Shown here: one piece after another, positions 56,017 through 64,000 of the stretch | Layout of the letters: each line of letters begins with the position of its first letter | How positions within the stretch are numbered: position 1 is the first letter of the stretch | Origin: Tubulanus polymorphus | Taxonomy: Eukaryota; Animalia; Nemertea | Length of the DNA stretch: 64,000 nt | Direction: 5' to 3' | Assembly: GCF_964204645.1 (NCBI RefSeq) | Contig: NC_134029.1 | Coordinates: 3,162,001-3,226,000, forward strand | Position numbers and translations under genes: made by a program | Notes under the pieces: generated by a model | Told to the model about the DNA's origin: nothing | Databases searched by the model: none | The model's input: only the letters and a program-made list of their open reading frames with translations

Positions 56017-57642
56017 CTAACAGCGGCCGATGCCGCGAACAAGTACTCTTCGAATCGTCCGACGAAGCGCCTTCTTTATTCGAATAAGTCGTCCTATTAT
56101 AAAAAGATAAATACGAGGCAGTTTTGACGAGTCTTCTTTTTAATTCTCAGTTTAACATCGACTTTAAATCGCGTTTGAATAAATTAGCCTACCCTTTAAT
56201 CCAGTAACACGTTTAGGTTTTATTTCCTGCTCCTGCGCATCTTGTTGCTCATCGTTCACTATTTCTCGTTTTTCGTCCAACTCATTGCACTGATTTTCGA
56301 CAATTTCATTGTCAACTTCGCTGTCTTTTCACACACATACATGTACAAATTCACACAGAGGTTAGCATATGAAATATACAATGGTACATGTACAACAGTA
56401 AAATCAATTAGGCCTTGTAAGAGATAATTTTGAAAATTCAAAGATGATTTTCATTTATTTATACATATGAATAATTTTGCAATAATCTATTACAGTGCAA
56501 CATTTCACCTTACACCACTTTTGAAAACCCATTTGAGTGTTTCCTTACCCTTAATACCGGATGAATTGTCGGTATTTTCCTCGGAAAGGCTTTCGGAGGA
56601 TGTGGTGATCATCTCTGATTCATTGGGGTTTGGTACAGGTGCAGCTGATTCACCTTTAGGTGTCAGTGTTTGAATTACCAAATCAATTTCTATTCACCGG
56701 ATACAAATTCAAAACATTACTTTACTATAAAAAACCGCTAGAATTAACCAGGCCTTACTTTTGATATAGATGTGATTTTTTGAAATAATCTTATATTGAT
56801 AAATAGATTCAGTCACCTTCCATGTAATTTTGAGGTGCATCAAATTTTATTCCTTTATGGCCCCATTGAAGGATATGAACACCAGGCTGGCAAGCGATTC
56901 GTCTATTGGGCCTCGGTTCCCATATAACGTGGCCCCCTGGAATGTGCACGGATAGCTTGAATTCCGTAGGGAGATATCTGTCTTCGACATACATCTTCCA
57001 GAAGTTTGTGCCTGGTATTTTGGACATCTTCTGTCCTACTGCCCAGCCCATGTTTTGTGCTCGAATTTGCACGAACTCTCCCGGCGATAGAGTCTCGTAA
57101 TGTGTAAGGATGATTGTTTTACGTAGTCTTTCGCCCCATATTTTCATAGGGATGCCTGTGTGAAATAAATAATATGAGACATTGCAACAACAAAAGACCT
57201 GAAAGTTAATGCTACAATTCTAAAAAAAGAATAAAACTATGGACGTCTTACCAGGTATTGAGCGTACATTTTCTTCGTCATAAATCTTGCCATCGAGGCA
57301 GAAAGTCTGTGCTTCAGAATCTGAAATAATTTATTTTCAGATTCGGAGAACAAATATTCAATTTATCACACTTAAAACTGACACTGATTGAAGCTTTTGT
57401 GGACGTTTAACGCGGTATCGAAATCTCCAAAAGCCATTATGCAACTTCGTTGCTAAGTAAAGACCGGCCATTGCCGTGCCTGATGTGCCTGATGGCTTCA
57501 ATGATGCCCATTTCAATGTTGCAATTTGCTCTGGTTTTGTTTTCATAATTGATTAACCAATTGGCAATATATGATTGAGAAATATACCTTCAATCTCAGA
57601 TTCGTTCAAAATAACATCGTTAGTTGTCGATGGATTAGCCAT
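56017..57642 (-). CDS. Small CBM20-like (starch/glycogen-binding fold) protein, about 270 aa
   Basis: Exons 57588-57642, 57252-57320 and 56817-57155, then tentative 56549-56689, 56193-56324 and 56017-56093; all phase 1, total 813 nt. Core T...GE.V.I....MGW....KM......W.......EFK......VIWEPRPNR resembles CBM20. Without the 56817 donor the ORF stops at 56809. Confidence 0.6.
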
Positions 57643-58638
57643 GTTTCACAATTTCTTTGCCCAAAGGAAGAGCGTCAAAAAAGCTGAACCAGAGACACGG
57701 CGGACATAAACATTAGAATATTACCTAGTAACGTAGTTAGATGTGTGACGTCATTGCCGCGTGGCCAATCGGCATAAGAACCGAAGTATCCGTTCGAAAT
57801 TCGCGGTCATGGAGGATGATTTCGACCATTTCTACTGGGGTTATTTGCCAGAATTGTAATGCGAGCTTATGGGATTTAAGACTAAACTTGAATTGGAGTG
57901 TAAAGTTCTCGCAAAAGGCGTTATTTCGGCCGAAATCTGAGCTAATCATTCTAAAAAGTCGCGAAGGGCATGACGAATCCAGCATCGGAGATCATGAAAT
58001 ATTGTAATATCGTAATTGAAAGTCCAATTCCCAAAATGAGACCAGTCCAGGGTGGCAGCTGACCGCCCGCGGTGTTCCGGTCTGTGTTATGGCTGTGTGG
58101 CCAAGCGTTAGTACAGTGAATCATTTATGAATTCCATTGCAATTAAAATTAAATTGCAACGAAAGTTTTGAGATAATATTGGAATCGCTTTTGGTTTTGA
58201 ACACTTTCAGCGAATAGTCGACCCGAATCAACGAACTGGAATCAACCGTCACTTTGCCCCGCACTGCCCGAGATAACCAGTAAACAATTCTTCCTTTGGC
58301 ATGTGAGTTATCAATACGCTACCGCTTTGCCGATACTTAATTCATTCGCTAATGCATGTAGTGCTACTAATTTGATGTAGCTTTTAGCTAAAAAAAAATC
58401 TATTCTCAGGTGATTTCCTGATATGAAATTAGAGTGCTAGTAAAATCATGCGCTTAAAACCAAATGTTGTTGAATGATGCGTGAAATTTTACTGAAAAAA
58501 ATGTTCTGCTAGAAATCGAAAATTGTCTGATAACAACCGTCAGGTGCTGCCCCTTTATACATGACATTGCTGCGCTTATCGCGAAATCACAAGGTCGTAG
58601 ACTGTGGCATTGTCAAAAAATATTTTCCCCGGTTCAAA
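57643..58638. promoter_or_regulatory. Divergent promoter region between the CBM20-like and TM6SF genes, with CRE (TGACGTCA, 57746-57753) and CCAAT box (57765-57769)
   Basis: Head-to-head start codons about 1 kb apart; motifs visible; function inferred. Confidence 0.5.
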
Positions 58639-60862
58639 ATGTTATCCTCTCCCCCAACGATCGTACTGGGAGCCTCTTTACTCGGAATTCCCATTGCTTA
58701 CATTCTAAACACCTTGAAGATGAAGCCGAACACACATGACATGTTCACTAATTTCACCGATGGCGATAACACTGTGATGATGTTAGGATTTCTTTCGTTG
58801 GGTCTAATGGTTCTTCTCACCTATCTCGGTTTCAAATTAACGAAAATTAGAGATAAACGACCGTCTTCTCAAATAATAGATCCTTTATTTTTCGGTAAGA
58901 TGATAAAACTTTAATTACGTTGTTGCGCTGTCGAATAAGTCTTATCCCCTCCTCTCTTAAATAATGACCCCCAAATTCTTTTATTTCAGTGTTCAGTATA
59001 TGTTGTTTTTCATCAGTTGTTGATCTGTTGATTGGTCTGGAAAATGATGGCGTAATATCAGGATTTGTGGCTTTTTATTTGAATGATGGGGAACCGTATT
59101 TACGAACTGCGCATGGTACATGCATTTGTTACTGGGATGGCACTGGACACTATATCATGTACATTTACATGCTTTATTCACTGTTTAGTGGGTGAGTTCA
59201 AGACCTGATTTCAATGAACACCTTTTTAGAACAAACGGACTTCTCACAGAATTTTGGATTTGTTTTTCTATCAGAGAATTGTGACTTTTCTTGAAAATCA
59301 GGGAATATCTGTATCTCTTTATAACTGCAGAAAGAGTATAAGAAATTGTGGTTTATATTGGGTAGGATCAATAGTACATAGTTTGGTAGTATTTCTGCCA
59401 GGAAATGTGGCTGGTGAGTAAAATTCCGTCCATTGAAATTAACACATACAGTAATGCTGAAAGAAATTCTATAGAAATTATCACATTTTTCTAGGTCCAT
59501 ATCCTGTGAAAGCTTCATTTCTGCTGAATGTTCCATTTGTCGTTGTTCCAATCTGGTCGGCTGTGCGATTTCTACAGGAGAGACCGACGGCAAAAAATAT
59601 ATCAGCAAAACGTGCTGAGGTTAGGATGGAAACTTACCAGTCAATCTGGACAAGACCTCTGGATATCCTGATATGCTTTTACTTCATTGCGGCAACAGTT
59701 GTGTCATTCTTTCGAGGATTTGTAAGTTTTGAACTCCTAATTCCAATTGATCTGATCAAAAATTGAAAGCATGGTGGGTGCAGGGTTTAGGCAGGCTTTC
59801 ATTGATTCCGGTATGGTTCTTTCTTACATGAATACAGTGGAACCTCATTATAACGAACTCTGATACAACGATTCATCGGATATAACAAATATAGAATTTC
59901 GTCGCAAGTAAAACAATTTCACTAATTTCATACTGGATACAACAAACTATCGGTTATTACGAACATATGATACTGGTCCCGTGAAGTTCGCTGTAACGAG
60001 GTTCCACTGTATAATAGTTCCTAAAGAATGAATAATCCCACAATGATGATAGTACAAAGTTTATTAATCGTCATATAGAAACAGTGATCATTCCTGTTCC
60101 TCTGAAAATGCGATTTATATACACGTATTGAAACTGTCAGATGAACATTGATGAGAAATGATTAGTTTATTCATTTATAACGTCGTCATAAAGAATGAGT
60201 TCAGTTTGATTGTATTTTCGCAAATCTTTAGGTTGCTTTAGGATGCTGTAAATGGTATGTCGAAGATTATGAGCCTTATCTAAACGATCCTGTCTTATAT
60301 CCTAAATTACAGGTGATGAATTTCATACCAGTAATATCTATAACAAATCACTGGTGCATCACTTCGATAATTTATATTTCCGATTTTTTCAGATGTTTGT
60401 TTATCTGTTTTATTTCATTCCATACTACATTATGAGCATATATGGTGTGATTAGACAGGGATGTTGTTGGATGAATGATTGGAGTATAATTCATGCTGGA
60501 GCTGCTGCACAGGTAATATATCTAACTATCATTGCATAACACAAGAGTCTAATCATACAAAACATGAAATATTCAGTGGACAATCCCAATCTGAATATGA
60601 TAAAATAAATAGTCTTATCATAAAATGATGGAGGAAATATTTGTATTCTATTTTGCAGGCACAAGTAGCATTTATTGGGTCATCAATTCATCATTCGACC
60701 CCTATTGAATACAGACTACCCCAAACATATCAAGCTCAATGCGTATTTTGGGTTATCAATTTAAGTTTACTGATCATTCCACAGTTTATCGCGTACAAAT
60801 TTATGAAACGATCATCATTGTTCAATCAGGATAAGATCAGTATGAAGAATAAAGCGTATTAG
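58639..60862 (+). CDS. TM6SF1: Transmembrane 6 superfamily protein (TM6SF1/2-like, EXPERA domains), 390 aa
   Basis: Exons 58639-58894, 58990-59191, 59331-59413, 59495-59721, 60232-60312, 60393-60512 and 60659-60862 sum to 1173 nt. Motifs: VVDLLIGLENDG, GEPYLRTAHG..ICYWDG, GLYWVGS, YEPYLNDP..YPKLQM, DWSIIHAGAAAQAQ. Confidence 0.88.
59835..60009. mobile_element. Tc1/mariner (pogo/Tigger-type) MITE in a TM6SF intron
   Basis: TA flanks; 24-bp TIR cagtggaacctcattataacgaac / gttcgctgtaacgaggttccactg. Confidence 0.85.
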
Positions 60863-61898
60863 TGGATCTCCTGTGAACTGTGGCTGATCATCGCATTTTG
60901 ATGTATAAAAATCATTCCATGACTGAATTAACTTATATAAACTTAGAATGTACAGTGTATGAAATTCATGATTTATTTTTACAAAATTTACGTTTTTATT
61001 AGATTTATAGTTGTATAGAATAAATTGACTACATATTCATATTCATTATGTCCTCTGGATAAGAGCTTTATTGCTTTCCTGAATTGAGTTCTGAAGTAGG
61101 CGTTGAAGTAATCCAATCAAAACCAGCATCCCCGACATTTATTCAACACATATGGACTTGGGTAGTCTGAATACCAGTCGTTGTTGCCGGTTCCCTACAA
61201 CCCTGTTTGTAGAACGACGGCTAGGTACTAGACTAGGACCCGGGATATGGACTAGTTCTGGGATTTTGATATATCAAGTGATGAAAAGAAACCTCAGTGA
61301 CTGGAATGTGATGAAGAGTTAGGGTTAGGTTTGTTATCTTATTTTGGCCAACTCCATCCCTGGCTATCCACTGAGTCTTACGTCATCTAGTCTTACGTCC
61401 GAGAATATGGCCCCTGGAAAGTGGGATAAAAATGCATATTTGGAACCGTTATATACTGCCATCACCGATATTATGATGGATTGCTATTTTAGAATCTATT
61501 TTGACGGACTTTGCTTTATTACAAACAACAATAGATTAGGTTTTTGACCCCGGTATCCTAGGTACTATATATAATGAGACAAGGGAGCTAACTCTCTGTC
61601 GGATACCGGCAACTTATCGTATTGTGCTGCTCTCTGATGTCGATGAGAATCTAGCCCTGGCAAGTGTAACTCGGTAATCGGATGTTTCAAGGTCGTCGAT
61701 CTACGCCCTGGTTTTTGACAGGTCAATTAAATGGTAATAATTGATAAGTCCTTTTATTCAGTCTAAAAGAATGTCATAACATTTTTTTTTCAATAATTGA
61801 TGAAAATCTATGAACACTTAATGCTCAGTCATTTTTCTCCCTTTTTATTTTTTAGAAATAAAGATTTATAACCAGTTAGGCCTAGATTTAGCACAATA

Positions 61899-62476
61899 AT
61901 GTCAAGTATTTACGACCACTCAGAGCACGTAGAAGTAGCAAATGCACCACCTGGTTTAGAAGATGAATTAAGGATTCTTTTAAATGCGGAGGCGATAAAA
62001 TTTGTGGCTGATTTAGTCAGCAAATTTGAAAATGATTTTGAGAATGTAAGTATTAGTTTTCGTCATGATTTAACATTCATTGTTATAAATTTCCTTTTAT
62101 GAATCAAGAAGCAAATTCTTTGATTATTATTCTTAGAGAATTGATGATAATCATAATCATAAATGCATTTTCCTTATTGAGGCGTTTTTTAGGGGAAGAA
62201 CTTATACCACTATTGTACCCGAGGCCTTTATGGTAGATGAATCATAACAGAAAATCTTTTTTACTTTTCCAGCTTTTAAGAAAAAGAGCAAAAAGGAAAC
62301 TAGATTTGGATGGAACGAACGCGATTCCAGATTTTACCCGACGAGATCGAGGTGAATGGTTTATATCAGAAATTCCGACGCGCTTGAAATGTAGACACGT
62401 CGACCTCGGAGATGTTTCACCAGCTAATACTCAACATTTTGTTGCCGCTTTGAAATCATCGGCTCAAGGAATTCAG
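61899..62476 (+). CDS. Malate synthase (animal type), first two coding exons; the rest is expected beyond the window
   Basis: Exons 61899-62045 and 62273-62476, phase 0. ILLNAEAIKFVADL..KF....LLRKR..R..DLD....PDF....W....IP.RL..RHVDLGDVSP....ALKSSAQGIQ matches the malate synthase A N-terminus, ending just before the expected DF(D/E)D motif. Confidence 0.82.
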
Positions 62477-64000
62477 GTAGGTCTGTTTTATATTGCTCTT
62501 CCATTTCATTTTAACATTCTAAACTTTTTATCTATATCTATAATCTTCAAGATTTTGTTTAGTATTTTATTTAAAAGTTTTTTTTTTAATAAATAAATCT
62601 TGAAATGAGGGGAAAATTTCAGGAAAAGCGAAGCATTGTTTTATGAAAGGTAACAGTGATGAATTGGGCAAATGTTTCATTTTTAGAATCTCAAAATAAA
62701 TTTTTTGTTAATCTGATTTTTATTCATAATTTTGGATGAATTATGAATATTTTCCATTACCTATTAGTTAAGGCTATATTTCAAAAGAAAATATTTTTCA
62801 ATGCAAGAAGTGGTTGGGTTTTTTCCAGATAGCAGCAACAAGGAGCCACATGCTCCCCTTTGAGAGTTTCCTGTGCCCTTTTGAAAAACAACAGCAATTT
62901 TTCCACCTGCAACTGATAGGAGAGTTGGGCACATATGTTTATATTCTCTGGAATAGATTTGAAGTGCCTGGAAATTGCATTAAAATGTACCGAAATTTCA
63001 CAATTATCCAGACCCTATTTTTGCTTCATTTCTACGGCGCTTGGCCATTTCATTTCTTTGTGCTCCTGTCAAAGTCTGCCCCTGGGATTTTAAATCAAAA
63101 CAAATCAAATCTTCCAATCAAATAAATTAGAGGGACTCCTTATTTTAGGATCAAATAAATCATTCTTGTCAAGATCTACAATACTATACCACCTACTGAT
63201 ATAAAAGATGAATTTAATGATGAAAGAAGAAGACTTTTCCAAATATTGATAAATTGTGTGAGTTGACATTCACTACATGGGGTAACACATGCCCAGTTAA
63301 TCAAATCCAAACTGGCACATTGGTCTTACACCATACACTGAATGACAAACACAAGTCTTAAGTCAATCGGCATTTTGATGAAAAGTTCTATTTCTGATTG
63401 ATGCTTAGTACCAGTTCATTCTTGATGATGGTAAAATCCTGATGTTGTCGGTTCACTGAAGATTTTCTAACCCGTAGGTGGCTTCTGTCAGATGGCCATT
63501 GGAAGTTTTATAATGCCCAATGAACATCTCACAAAACCTCACCTCCGACTTAATGAAGTCATCTACAATCAGCATCTATTTTCATGTCTGCAAAGAATGA
63601 ATATAACATAAAACATATAACATAAAGAAAATCTGATGATTCCTTGTAGCAATAACATACCTGTTCTAGTCTCCTCAGTTTGGAGACTGAATTTTCCACA
63701 TCTGAAGCCAGTATTTATACAGCAGTTCTCGCTAATTAACTATTAGTGCCATTTAGATGGCTGGAAAATGTGTAAATTAGACATTAGAGACTTCTGGTCA
63801 GTCGGACTGTGAAATGACTCAGCTGGGGGTCTGAAAGTCATTGTTGTATGCAGGTGCTGATCAACAATCCATCTGTTCTTTAATCAGAGATTCGTGATAA
63901 ATGTTGGTCATCATCCACCTGTTTTTGAATGATATATTGTTCATTTATGTCAAAAGAATTACTAGTCAGACAACTAGAGTCCTATGCGTGTGATTACTAC

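Noticed and set aside
58561-58638. Upstream ATG extending TM6SF by 26 aa
   Set aside because: The ATG at 58639 has a better context (aaaATG) and gives a typical family length; the extension is unverified.
38454-62476. Functional glyoxylate link between GLYR1 and malate synthase
   Set aside because: GLYR1 is named for homology only; it is a chromatin reader and lacks the catalytic Lys here.

Overview
Intron-rich, AT-rich animal genomic DNA. It is probably an invertebrate and possibly a lophotrochozoan, which is an inference from the gene content. I found no prokaryotic, CRISPR, rRNA or tRNA signal. Seven protein-coding genes could be assembled by hand from GT-AG splice sites: (1) an AF4/FMR2-family gene (AFF4/lilliputian-like) on the minus strand, from about 35.4 kb to beyond the left edge; (2) a MADF-BESS gene nested antisense in an AFF intron; (3) a complete 14-exon GLYR1/NPAC gene (minus, 588 aa); (4) a single-coding-exon LRR-Ig-TM gene of the IGLR-2/CG16974 type nested antisense in a GLYR1 intron; (5) a small CBM20-like gene (minus); (6) a 7-exon TM6SF1/2-like gene; and (7) the 5' end of a spliced animal malate synthase. 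Introns carry piggyBac-type (TTAA), Harbinger-type (3-bp TSD) and Tc1/pogo-type (TA) MITEs, minisatellites and microsatellites. The most notable observations are a cryptic poly-His alternative first exon, plus other candidate internal starts, that would give AFF isoforms lacking the P-TEFb-binding N-terminus; the 11/22-residue amphipathic tail of the LRR-Ig protein; the CBM20-like protein with a basic Cys-terminated tail; and the malate synthase. All family calls come from motif recognition, not database searches.
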